A DNA stretch of 64,000 nt from Octopus sinensis (GCF_006345805.1 NC_043007.1:68510001-68574000), one strand, 5' to 3'; positions 1-12,735 are shown, counted from the first letter of the stretch. The notes: a model not told the origin generated them from the sequence alone. Numbers and translations: made by a program.

Positions 1-473
1 AAGGAAAATCAAAAACGTTTACAAACTCGGCTCGAGTTTGTAAACGTTTTTGATTTTCCTTTCATTGAATTTATCCACTTTTTGTGTATCTAGTACTTGC
101 TTCTTCTTTTAGAGGCCTTTTAATATATATATATATACATATAATAATAAATATTAGGGAATAAATCCAAATTTACAGGGAAAAAATCAGATTTAGGATT
201 AAATCGATTTTATAGTAAAATATTATAAAATATTATTCGAGACAAAACCACTATTTTGCAAAACAAACAAGGAAATACTTAATCAATACATAAAATTTTA
301 ATAAATAGTCAAAATTTGACACTGAATTATTGGAAGTCCACCTGAAGATTGTCGATCAAGACAAGAAACGATTGTAGTGGCGGTTTTTTTGACTATTTAT
401 TAAAATTTTATGTATTGATTAAGTATTTCCTTGTTTGTTTTGCAAAATAGTGGTTTTGTCTCGAATAATATTT

Positions 474-480
<7 letters not shown>
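1..480. mobile_element. Penelope-like pseudo-LTR insert with fold-back structure beside a (TA)n tract
   Basis: Perfect palindrome at 1-61 (29-bp arms, GCT spacer). Perfect 91-bp inverted arms at 224-314 and 387-477 enclose a hammerhead motif. Abuts (TA)n at 478-562. A short reverse-complement fragment of 157-180 recurs at about 35135-35170. The PLE assignment is inferred from the ribozyme and architecture. Confidence 0.65.
338..380 (+). ncRNA. Minimal type I hammerhead ribozyme, canonical core
   Basis: Stem I CCAC(338-341)/GTGG(377-380); core CTGAAGA(342-348); stem II TTGTC/GACAA; GAA(365-367); stem III AC-gatt-GT; cleavage triplet GUA ending at 376. Confidence 0.8.
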
Positions 481-515
<35 letters not shown>

Positions 516-527
516 ATATAATATATA

Positions 528-566
<39 letters not shown>

Positions 567-730
567 CATCAATGAAAGAGAAAAGGAGGGAAGATGGAGA
601 ATTAAGTAGATCAAGAATAAAGAAAAGAAATTTTGGGTGTGGTAATTTTTTGTATGAAATGGTTCTATAAAGCCCTGTAAATTGCAAAGGTGCCTGCAAG
701 CAAGTCTACTTACCAATACGGTCGCAGACA

Positions 731-770
731 AAGGCGGCGAGCTGGCAGAATCTTTAACACGCTGCGGTTA
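731..770 (+). mobile_element. tRNA-derived SINE head fragment (family A)
   Basis: AAGGCGGCGAGCTGGCAGAA start matches the heads at 9168, 13540 and 43585 (minus strand). Confidence 0.7.
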
Positions 771-1069
771 ATTTCTCTTTGTGAGAATTTGGTTAGTAAT
801 TGTTATTATTTATTGTTATTGTTGCCATTTACTGTTAAATTTTGAACTTTTCTTGTTGTTCTACGTTCTGTTACGGGGTGGGGGAGTCATTTTTGAAATA
901 ATTTTTGAAAAAATATTTTGGAAAATATTTATTTTTGTGAAAATAAATTCGGATGACAAGTCTTCTAACCCTGACCAAGCTAACCAAAGACCAACTGTAA
1001 AACAAGACAAAATGAATGAAAATGTGGACGAAAGCCACATAAATGCAGTAAACGGGAAAATAACCAAGA

Positions 1070-2320
1070 CTATGAGGCGGTTAAAGCACCAGGGCTGGAT
1101 GGTCTATCCTATGAGCTGTATAAGAGTATGCCGGACTTGTTCGGACACCTATTGTGGCAACAGAATGGGCTCATCCCCAGATTTGTACGCCGGGGAATGG
1201 TGACGCTCGTCAGAAAGGACCCGAACAAGGGGGTTGTCATTGATAATTTTCGGCCCACCACTCTGCTCAACGCAGAGCTGCAGATTTTATCCAAAGTGAT
1301 ATCGAAAAGATTGGCGCCTGTCGCGAATGTGTTGATCGGGAGAGCACAGACATGTACCATCCCCGGCAGATCCATTCAGGGTAATCTCCATCTTATGCAA
1401 TACACTAAAGACGCAATTAATAACGATTCCGGCAATGGAAAGGCAGTGGTCCATTTAGACCAATCAAAAACTTTTGATAGGGTCGACCATCCCTACCTGG
1501 TGTCCGTTCTGGCACAGTTCGGCCTGGGCCTTGGCTTCCTCAAGTGGATCATTCAAATGTGTGACTTGGTAGTTCGGGTGAACAGCTTTGTTTCTAAGCC
1601 GTCAAACGCTCGGTTCGTCAAGGATGTCTGCTCTCTCCGCTTTTGTATGTGAGCCTTTGCTGCGAAAGCTGAGCGGCATTCCGAGACAGCCAGGTTGTGA
1701 GATGTCGGTTTCAGCCTACCCGGATGACATCACCATCATCGTGACCAAAATGGCTCTCCTACAGAGGGTAGGCAAGGCCATTGAGGAATACGAGACGGTG
1801 GCAGGAGCAAAAGATAATCGTGAAAATCAGTCGGCTTGCAGATCGGCACCTGGAGAGGCAAGTCGATACCTCCTGACAGTGTCGTGGAACGTTGGACGGA
1901 GGGTCCGATTAAGTTGCTAGGAGTTTATTTCGGATCAGACCTCTATATAGAGAAGAATTAGGCAGAGGTATCGAGCAGGGTGACCCACATTGCCAAGACT
2001 TGGTCTTAGCGGTGACTGTCCCTGAAAGGGAGGGCGGGGGGCAATGTGTTTATTACATCGGTCATCACATACCGCCTAACCGTCGTGCCTTGTCCTGTTT
2101 CGTGATTGATCAAACTCGAAATGGAAAGACAGCTCTTCCACTTCTTGTGGCAGGGCTCGAAACCGCTTGTGAGACGCTCTATTTGCTTTCAACAACCGTT
2201 AAAGTGTGGCTAGGGATGCCTTGGCTATTGATGCGCAGACATGCGCTGAGGCTAAGGCACCTCTGGTTGTACCTGGGTGGTAAACGGGTGTGGTCTTCGC
2301 CGGCGAAATAGATGCTTCCC
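1070..2320 (+). mobile_element. Degenerate L1/Tx1-clade LINE reverse-transcriptase fragment
   Basis: Frameshifted ORFs give KAPGLDG, NFRPTTLLNAELQILSKVISKRL, LDQSKTFDRVDHPYL and AYPDD (from YADD). Homologous to the copy at 24440-26410. Confidence 0.9.
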
Positions 2321-2962
2321 ATGTTCACTGGTTTCGCAACGATTAGATAACATGTAACACTTGATGAAAAAGGAATGTAGCATTGTCTTTTGGTTTTCAT
2401 TTAGGATCACTGGTACCCACATTCAATCATATCACTTCATTCTTAGTACAGGCCAGACAAAATGGGTTGTATCAACATCGGATTAAATAACGTGTAATAA
2501 TTGATGAAAAATAACATTGCATTGTCTTTTGAGTCCACTGGTGTTCGGACGTGGAGGGGATAATTATGGGGTAACACGTGAATTTCTGTATGTATGTTTA
2601 GTTATGGTGGTTTATTTTCCCCTGTGTTGCTGGCAGTGATATGTCTGTGTGAATGGATTATATGTGTCTTTGGGAAGAATGAATAGGATGTTTGTAGGGT
2701 CCTTGTGTCCATCACTTCATTTTTATTATTTCAACATTTTGTATTAGTGAAGACATGTTAGTAATATATTTATTATTAAGTATGATAATATAAAAGAAAT
2801 TTGTCGTGATATTTGGATTTTGTGTAAAAACCATACGCACTATCGACCCCTCCCTCATCTGTATTACCCCTTCTCTGTTTGGCTCCCTGAGGGATATAAA
2901 GAAATTGATATTTGGATATTTTATCGTTAAAAAAAAGCTTCATCTAATGATTTCTCCGTAAT

Positions 2963-3013
<51 letters not shown>

Positions 3014-3017
3014 TATA

Positions 3018-3570
3018 CGAGCAAAATGCTCCCCGTCTAATGGACGGTGCTGAATCATATCTGCTGAATAAAAAGCAATCAGTCTTTTCTTTTCATTAAA
3101 AAATAATTAAGCATGCCTTTATTTCAATAAAATTTTTGGCTTTGTTAAACGAAGTTAAGGCAAAAATAAAAAAAAAATTCTTGAGAAACCAAATAGTCTT
3201 TCATTCCTTCATGCCAAGTTTGAACAAAATATCTCTTTTGCATCTTAGTTTTATGGTCTCTTAAATATAATGCATTTTGTGGTATTATTTCAAGCCAGCC
3301 GGCGTTTTTTGCGCAAACTGCACTTGCATTTTTCTCGCGTACGCGTAGTATCGATCACAACAGCTGATGTACTTGCGCGTACCAATGCACGTTCCCACGG
3401 TTTTATCGATCGCATTCTCACCTGGAATCGATTTTTGTAATTTTTTTCAAGACTTATACACGCCCTGCACTGTCGGTATCTACATAACAAATTCGAGCGC
3501 AATCGGATGGAGGATTGCTCGAGATCCTAGAAGACACACAGGGACAGGCAGAACGGATCTTATATAATAT
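3018..3570 (-). mobile_element. Probable non-autonomous Helitron/rolling-circle element
   Basis: On the minus strand: 3' subterminal hairpin CCGTC-catta-GACGG, then a GAGCA/TGCTC hairpin ending CTCG|T; AT-rich 5' end. CpG-rich body between (TA)n tracts. Confidence 0.45.
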
Positions 3571-5489
3571 ATGTGTGTGTATGTAGATATAGATATATAT
3601 GTGTGTGTTTAAACATACATGCACACTCACATCATATATATATATATATATTTATATGCTATATATATAAATATACACAAATGTATGTGTGTATATATAT
3701 TTATATGTGCTCAGAGCGGAAAAAAAACTTTATTACTGCATGTTTTATATATTACTTGGAGTTATATATGATTGAACAGTGTAACGAAACAGTGTAACAA
3801 GTGTGTGAAATACCAGTTTTTAATTTTATCAAAAGATTACAAATACTGTGAAAGATTCGCTTGAAAAATGAAGGATATTTTTCTCCTTATTTGCATAAGA
3901 AATACTTCTTTGCAACTTTAAAGCACGTAAAAATGATATCGTTCATGAAATTAACGTTTTTCGCCTTTTTCTGTGGGGGTTAAGTAAAGAAAAGAAAGTA
4001 AAGAAAATAAAACTATCAGTGTAAATCTCGATAAATACAGAAAATTTAATCTTTTGAAATTAAAAAAAAAAAGGAGGAAATTCTGTTTTAGTTTACTGGA
4101 ACCCTACTCAACAAAATATGGCTGATGTAGCATATCCACGTTGCACATGTCCAAATGAAAGGGAGACGAGACGTTTACGCCAAGCACCTCAAAGACGTAT
4201 TCACCGGTTTAAGAGAGCAACATACCTAAAGTTCTTGTGTAACTTCACTGTAGATTTTGTAGATAACTGTATTGCAAAATGCGCAGATCTTTTCACCTGT
4301 AGCTGTCGAGGTTTTCGACGTACGGACCGTGATCGGAACACCTTACATTTTGCTGCCAAGATGGGACTATATTTTGGAATTCTCGCTTCAGTTTCTCTGT
4401 CATATTTGCTTCTACCACTGAGTCTGCTGAGTTGCGGCTACTCTGACGAGATGCTATGCATCGCATTCGAATTCCTTCGTTGCCACGTATCTCTGTTACT
4501 CTTTGTTATATATTATAAACCTCTTGATTTTGTCAATCCTCGACATATTGGAGTGATATACATAATACTCCTTATTGGTTGTGCTAATACTGTCTTCTAC
4601 AATTTCATCACTACTTGTTCAAGCGGACGTGCACTGATGAATATGCAATTTCTCAATCACTTATTTTATATTTCAATGATTACTGTTGTTAGATTTGTAT
4701 TCTATGAGGCCTTAATCAGTAATGATATTTAAATTTTTAACATTCAACACCGCCAAAGTCAACTATTTTCATGTGGAATCTGAACAACAGCTTGAAGTAT
4801 ATCGATTCCTTAAACAATTCGGGTTCTTCGAATATCCTAATTTGAAACCAATTTGCTTTTCATTTTATATATGAATTTTTAGCCGCAAAACAAAATATTT
4901 AGTCGATGTTAAAAATTCTCCATCAGTATTTTGGATACATTTACCGATTTATTTATTCAAATTATACATTGTACATAAATACTTTGAGAAGCGTCTTGGA
5001 TACGATTTTAAGGTCTTTATATTTCTGTGTATTTTTAATACTACATTATGGCATACCATTAGCTCTTTTTCTATATCACTGTAATCCTCCGTTAGCAGGC
5101 ATTGCCAATGCTTTTAACTTATATGTAGGCCACAATTCTTCCCACATTGTATACCTGTTCATGACTAAACAATTGTCTAGTCGTTGTTAGACAAACCTTT
5201 TTCAACCTGAAACACCGCTCCGGGATTTTTTTTTTTTTTTTTTTCTGAATCAATGTTTTAATGACTTCAATTTATTATATGCGATTCTTAAATAATCGCA
5301 CCGAACTTTGCAGTGCAGCATTTCACTGTATTAATCAGAAATAACTGACTGGAGTTTCTCTTCATATTTCTGACAACTTAATGGCAATTATATCGTACTA
5401 CAACGATAGCAAGTTTTGTTCGGCAATGTGTTCCACAACTATACTACGCATTAATTCATAATGCATCGGATTACTGTTGCTAATTGTTA

Positions 5490-5996
5490 TCTATATATAT
5501 ATATAAAACTGTAGTTGTGTCTGTCCCCTTCGATTTAGATTCCTAACTACTCCTACATTTTGCGGTGCAGTTTAACCAAATTCGGGTATCTTATAGTCGT
5601 GATTCATATCGAGCCCGTCTGAGTATTAGCGCGCGTCTACAATGAGTCTACGATTTTAAAAATAATTTAACATTTTTTATTCCATTTTAATGCATAATTT
5701 TTCGTGTGTCGATGGCGGCGGAGTTGGCGTCCATGGTCACACCTACACCTGTTTGCTTCTCCCCTTCTTCCCTCCCTCGTGAAGCTGTGGGGAAGGGAGT
5801 GTAAGGAAATCAACGTCGTAAAGCGTTGTCAAGGAAACCAGCGTTCTTTTAGAACAACGACTTCATGGCTTGAAGACACCAAACCAGAAATGGCTAAGAA
5901 AGCCCGAATTGGCATCTATAAGGGAAGTAACTCTCTAAAAATGCTTATATAGTTATTTCCCTTACAAACCCGAGCAACGCCGGGCGATACTGCTAG
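5490..5996 (+). mobile_element. Non-autonomous Helitron
   Basis: A|TC 5' end; 3' hairpin CCCG-agcaacgc-CGGG (5969-5984) followed by CTAG|T. Same termini as 17215-17609. Confidence 0.85.
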
Positions 5997-8779
5997 TTCT
6001 TTATAAATGCAATTCGGAATTATGTGCATCGCACTAAATGGCTATGTAACTCTCAACCGTGATAGTGATTCCTGGACTGCGAAGTTGCCTTTTTAAATAT
6101 TTACAATTCTCTAGCAACGTTACGGTTTTTTTTCTTATATAGGAAGCCTTGACATATATGCTAGGTTAAGTAAAACTGATTTGGGGTTCACACCCATCGT
6201 GTTAAACATTGTTATTCAGGGTGCTACCACCCAGTTTAACCATATGCTCATCCGTAATAACTTGATTACAAAAGTTATTCGCACCTTAAATTAAATTTCA
6301 CTATCTTGTCTTAGTGTCAGAAAGTCTGAATACCCATATTAAAACTTTCTAGCATTCAACAAATATTACTTCAACCAAGAAATTTTTTATTTTATTTTCG
6401 ATAGAAGTCGCTTATGTGTGTGTAGTTTCTCAGCATTTCAGAAATACATTCTGGATGACTGGGTATCATATAATGGTTTACTCTGTACATGTAATATACC
6501 AATCTGTCTGTTTTGTGGCTAATATACTAGGATACTGCTTTAACTTAATTTATATAAGTCTGAATTAATATCGAAAATTTATATATCGAATGATATATGC
6601 CCGGAGGTCGATTCGATGTCCTTATGTACCCATTTTCCGAAACCTTCAATGGTAACCTAGTATGCTTTTTTTTAAATAAATGGCTGATTTAACTGACAAT
6701 AACTTTTTGTAAAAACCATACAGTCGATCAATTCATATTTTACGTCGGTTTGCAATTTCAATATTGCTAGAACTGAAAATATTTAATTCACTCTCACATT
6801 GGTTTTATAGAATAAGTTCAATTTTACAAGACCTGTAGGGGAAATGCAGAATCCAAGCTTTTAAGCTGGAAGTAAATTTGTAACTGGAGCTCTAAGCAGC
6901 TACATCTACAAATTGTGTGGAGACTTAAAAAAAAAGAAACGATGAAAATATCAATGTGTTCAAAATATATTTAAAATTCTTGCCCAGAGAATTCGTCTCT
7001 TCGATGATCACTATAAATGGATATCGGATAATTCCACTGAATAAAGTATTTATGCATCAGTGTCTCAAATATACAAGCTTTTAAAATATCCTGCGAAAGA
7101 AACTAATACCTGAATAATCAACTGCTAAGACAATATTAAACTTCATGTGCATGAGTCTGTTTTTGCCAGTAAGATCTTTTAATTCAAAACTCGATTTTTG
7201 TTTTAACTTAAAAAAAACAAAAACCTTTCCCTTTTTTTTTTTTTTTTTTTTTAAACTTCCGTGTAACTCAAAAATAAAATGAAAATTTTTAATTCTTCCA
7301 GCATCTCTTGAAACTACAAGACGTAGTGATTATACAATTTACAGTCCCTTTCTAAGTATGCTAAGAGTTGAACGAATTGCTTATTTTAATGTTTAGTAAT
7401 TTTTTCTTTGGACCATTTGCGTATTTAATTATCGGCTAAGAGCAAAACATGATACAAGACACCTTCATTTTATCTACTCGACTATCATCCAAGCTGCATT
7501 ACAAATATAATTTTTTTTTTTTGTGTAAATGGATATTGTGATGAGGTCGTTGTTTCATCTCGCACCTTATACTATCATGTAAACTTTTTTCTATATCCTC
7601 ACCCTTTCCCACTATTTAATTTTGCTCACGATTTTACAGATAGATAACTAACAAGTATACAAGCTATTAAATATCAAAGGTCTCTGACGGACACCAATTA
7701 TTTGAGTTACCTTTATTACTATGGCATTGTTTCGCGTGTCTTTATTTATTGAAAGTGTGGCAGAAATGTATAAACATTTTATTAGTATTTTATAGATCAG
7801 ATAAATATAACAGAACAAGTTATAGGATAAGATTTCTCTGGCTGTCGTATGCTTCAAGGCCATTTCCTCGTAATGCCATACATTTTATGTTTCCATGTCT
7901 TTCTAGAAGTATATCTTCCCATATTTCCTGGCCCAGTAGCAATTCTATATATCCTTAATATTTATCTCGCAACTGTTAAATTCTAGTGGCTGTTTACACG
8001 TAGCGATAGATAACAATTTAGTTCAGTGTAGTAGTAGTAGTAGTAATAGTAGTATGAATGTTTCGGTTACCAATTTATCAGCTAAAACAGGAGTTGAAAA
8101 CCCCATGTCACATGATTTAATGTGTGTACCATCAAATAGGTGTATTCTTGGAAAAGGATAATTGGATAATTTAAGTCTTGTATATCTCCCAGATGAGATG
8201 GTCATCGCTGGAATACATTTGACTATAATTTACTCCATCGGAGTAAACCGAAGACTAAAAGCTAACCAACATCACAAGTATCGAAGTCGTACTCTTATAC
8301 GTGCTTCATAATGTCTATTCTGGCACCTAAGTCGCAAATGGCCACTGGGCTTACTAAAAAAAATAGCGATATACGCAATAATAATACCAAAAGGTAATCT
8401 TAATCTGCGACTTGACGTGAAAATTGTTAGAACACAGGATACAGAGATATTTAACTTGAGAGGATATCTCATCTGGACTCGTGGTACATATAAGCACACG
8501 GTTATATCGGAACTTCCAGATTGCGTAATTTCTCCCTGCTATGGGTTCCTCTAGGATAGGTTACCAGCAGTGACATAACAATCTTCCGGAAACGATATAT
8601 ACAATATGAATGTCTAATCAGGCACTAGTGTCGCAAATGACCAGTCGACTTATTAAAAATAATTAATAACTAATATGACTAAACAAAATATATATTTTAG
8701 TGGTAGACAAAGATTTCAAACGAAAATTCAGGGTATGAACTGGGGAAAAACCATGAGAGATGGGACAATAAACGAAAAA

Positions 8780-9168
8780 CATTTTTTTCTACTCCAGGCA
8801 CAAGGCCGAAATTTTTGGGTGAGGGGGCCAGTCGATTAGATCGATCCCAGTACGCAACTAGTACTTAATTTATTGACCCCGAAAGAATGAAAGGCTAATT
8901 CCTCGGCGGAATTTGAACTCAATCCGTAAAAACATGAAATACCTATTTCTTTACTACCCACACGGGGCTGAACATAGAGATGACAAACAAGGACAAACAC
9001 ACGGATTAAGTCGATTATATCGACCCCGGTCCGTAACTGGTACTTATTTAATCGAAAGGATGAAAGGCGAAGTCGACCTCGGTGGAATTTGAACTCAATG
9101 TAGCGGCAGACGAAATACCGCAAAGCATTTCGCCCGATGTGCTAACGTTTCTGCCAGCTCGCCGCCTT
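8780..9168 (-). mobile_element. Dimeric tRNA-derived SINE (family A)
   Basis: Head with A-box and degenerate B-box (TGAGTTCAAATTCC), then two tandem bodies with the GTCGAC..GCCTTTCATCCTTTC..TAAGTACCAG domain. Imperfect 13-bp TSD AATAARCGAAAAA (8767-8779 / 9169-9181). Confidence 0.85.
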
Positions 9169-9889
9169 AATAAGCGAAAAAAAAATTAACTTAATGATAA
9201 CAGTAAAAATTCGCTCAATGTCATTTGTATCATAGCAATGGCCATGTTAAAGCGATAGGTAGATGCACGCTTTCAAATCTGTCCTAAATATATTAGAACT
9301 GATCTAAAGTTATTCTCCATCTTTTACTTGCTCACTTCTCTATTTGTTCCGGTGTGACGGTTTACGTATGTAATTTCTGATTTCGTACGGAAAAAGATAA
9401 ACTTTCCAACCAGTTCCAAGTTGTCTGTCTTGGAATCTGATATTGAAAAACACAAAAGAGCATTAAATGAATTCACTAATCCATAAATAACTCTATGCCT
9501 AAATCGATAATATTTCTCCACGCCAAATCTGAAATAAGACAAGTTCAAATATGTTCTGAACATATTTTTAACTGATCTAAAGTGTATTTATTTCTACACA
9601 CACACACACACACACGTGTGTGTGTGTATATTTACATAATAATTCACAATGGTAAAGTTGAAAATATCCGCTACGTGGTTTACATGAAGAACATATAGTT
9701 AAGTGCTAAGCTGAATACTTTATACAGTGAAACGTTCAATGATGTTTATTCAACTAAAACATTTTCTCATGATAAAAATGAGTTATTAGCTTCCCTTTTT
9801 ATGTTTAGTTATAAAAACAACTTTACATTAATCTGATAGGCTACTCTGTAAACTTTCGAGCCCAAATTTATTATTCTTAAACAAGAATA

Positions 9890-10650
9890 TTATTGAGAGT
9901 GGCTTCGAAGTTTTGGCCAGGTGAGCCATAGTCGGACTCTGATGCATTGAAGTTAACCTCAGTTTTATAGTCTTTCTTGAGGTACAATCTCCCTTCGGTA
10001 TGTTGGTTTCAGTGGAGTGGTAATTCGTTTGTAGGGTAGCTTGTGGTGGAGAGGTGAAGAAATATTTTATGGATTAAATTTGGGGTTATATTATTGTTTA
10101 GAATTTGTTCATGTATGTCGAACCTTGTATGTAGAACTTGGAATGAATTTATTGGTGTGTTCCTTTTTGTAAACAGTTATGTTCCAGTATTTTCTATTAC
10201 TTTTGGTTTTATTGGATTTAATCCTTTACTCTGAAAATGTAAATGTTAAAGTTTTGGGCAGTATTTAAACATTTAGAAAACGGGTTTGTTAACTTTTTGT
10301 AATATATTTTAGGGTTTCACATCAGAATATAAGTAGGTAGTATGTCAGTGTTTTTTTACCTGGTATTTAGGATTTCGGATGGTGAAAGTTATTAATCGGA
10401 CATTCCATTGTGTTATTAGTATAGAAATTTATTTATCTTGTGCTTTGATGTATGTGGGTAGTTGTAAAGAGTGTCTATATGTTTCTCTTTAGGAATTCAT
10501 TGTTCTATAAGTAATTTGCTTAATATGTAGAATTGTTAACCCATATGTTTTATGGAGGTAATATTTGTGGGCTGTGTTTACAAATATTTCTTCAATTCTG
10601 TTTCAAATGGGGGTATTTTATGATATATTATTTTAGGTTTCTAGATAAAA
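9890..10650 (-). mobile_element. Highly degenerate Penelope-like remnant (tentative)
   Basis: Minus-frame peptide TEGRLYLKKDYKTEVNFNASESDYGSPGQNFEATLNN loosely resembles the PLE GIY-YIG region. Many stops. Confidence 0.3.
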
Positions 10651-10799
10651 GCGAAATCGAGGCATTACAAAAGGCGTGTATTCATGTATAAAAATAGTAA
10701 TAAAAATATTTAATTAAAACATAATAAAACCAGGAAGTACCCTAAATAACAAGTAAACAAACAGACCAGCAACTTTTCGCTCTCTTCATTCTTGTCCGT

Positions 10800-12120
10800 T
10801 TTCCCTTCTACCAGCTGCCAAAATTGTCTTACAGTTTCTCATACTGCTTCTGATCAAATATACATCTTTAGCAGTCTCGACCCTCTTCATGCATTTACGA
10901 ATTCGCTGGTAAGAACCAAATTGTATCCCTTCTTATAATAAATCCATGCCATTGATAAGCTTGTCAGCCTTCTGCGACAGTTCCTTAAAATTGCCTTATC
11001 TACCAGCAACTGATCCTTCGTTCCTCGTGAACCCTTTCTTCAGCTCTTTTATTCATCTGCTAGCCGTCCATTTTATATGAAAGTGGTTGTACAAACGTTT
11101 TCCAATTTTTCCAATTAGAAGCGGCCGTATCATATGTAAGGGAGCTAACGGACGGTAGTGACTGGCCTCGGATCATTGGGTACCTCCGTCTGGATCAATA
11201 CGGTTCTTTCTGTGGTCATCCACTCGGGTACAGTGCCTTGGTGTACACAACTTTGTAGAAATTCTTGTAGCTTAGGTTGCAAATTTAATCCTTTGAGAAA
11301 AAAATCACTGAACTAGCTCTGGGACAGTTGAATTAAAGTTTCTAATCTTAATAATATTTTTAATCTTCCTCATCTTACTAACTCCTGCTTTTATCATCCA
11401 ACGTGATGATAATGTCCTCATAACTCTGTTACTGAAAATCTTCCACATTTTGTAGCCAGGGAGTCCTCTTGTTTGACAGCCTCTGACCAAATCTTGCTTA
11501 AAAACGAAGTTGCTACTGTGGTACCAGGTAACTCTGCCTCTTCTCTATTTCCTCGATATAGATTCTTGTTCTGAACAATTAGTTTGTTTGAACTGTAGGC
11601 AACTTTCTTGGTATCATTTGATCTTAATTCCACTCACCTTGATCGTTTGTATTAACATATTCGAGATAAACAAAACGTTATTGTTCTCCAGGTACTATTT
11701 CTTACTTGTGTGGTTCTGTTCACCGTGACTGAGCCTCATATCTCCTCTCCTTACTTCCTAGATCTTACTTAAAACCTTTTCTCCATGTGTCGATGCTTCA
11801 TTTTATTCTCTTTTCTAGAACTTCTTTGCTTCTCTTTACGTCTTTTTCGCTAAACATCCTCTTCACGGAGATGGCATAAGCAGTAGCAAATATCAAAGAA
11901 TTTAACTCTGTGATGTCCTTAATTAAGAATTTTCATAGCAACATCATTCGCTTTTCTGACTTCTGATCTTTTCTTTTCTTCAAGGAGCATCACTTCCAGA
12001 ATCCTATCGCGGATTTTTAATGTAAATAGAAAGATTGATATTTGCTGTTCAAAACGAAGCCTTGCGAACCAACTAAATCAGGTGCAGTTTTGTTAAGAGA
12101 GCAGTATCACCTTTGTGTAC
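10800..12120 (-). mobile_element. R4/Dong-clade LINE, N-terminal and RT fragment
   Basis: Minus frames give [17 protein letters not shown], an LSMAWIY motif and IRSSMRNCKTIL, typical of R4/Dong RT. Many stops and frameshifts. Confidence 0.75.
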
Positions 12121-12735
12121 GTTATATGGAAAAAAATCATCTGAGACAGTTAAACATATAATTAGTGGATGCTCAAAATTGGCCTAAATGAAGTGGAAAA
12201 CAACGCCATGACAAGGGAGCAATGAGAATACACTATGAATTTTGCAAAATGTATGGGCTAAAATGTCCCAAGTGGTATGAGCATCAACCTTTGCTAGTAA
12301 CAAAAAATGGCCAGGTGAAACTTACGTGGGAATATGTCAATATACACAAAAAAAGAAACTGCAACATAATCGAACTGGTATCACTCAACTACCAAAAAAT
12401 AGATCTTCATCGACGTAGCTATACATACAGACCAGATTTTAATGAAGACAGAACGAGAAAGTCGAAAAGTAACAAGACCTAGTACTGGGAGTTAAATGTA
12501 ACCATAGCGCCTTAAAAGGGAGTGTGATATGAATCGTGATCGGTGCATTCTGGGCCATCTGAAAGCAAAGAAAAATATTCTGGCATGTAAAGCTGAAAAT
12601 GACAAACTTTATTGGAAGTACACAGCTGCTAGGATTTGGCTCGGAATAACACATTGTATTGAAGAAAGCGTTGCGTCTCTAAGTTGCAGAGGGAGAAATT
12701 GAGACGTGATGAAGAAACAGGACTAGAAAGAAACA
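12121..12735 (+). mobile_element. R4/Dong-clade LINE C-terminal (zinc knuckle/RLE) fragment ending in an (AAT)n-like tail
   Basis: SETVKHIISGCSKLA, RHDKGAMRIHYEFCKMYG..KWYEHQP and IVIGA motifs, followed by AAC/AAT repeats at 12735-12780. Confidence 0.8.

Noticed and set aside
4118-4732. Annotating the 204-aa ORF as a CDS
   Set aside because: No recognisable domain; kept only as a finding.
5085-7955. LRR-like peptides on the minus strand (KLKALAMPANG at about 5100; NIKCMALRGNGL at about 7870)
   Set aside because: Single isolated matches, in-frame stops nearby, weak acceptors and a strong donor cutting the second motif; compatible with chance.
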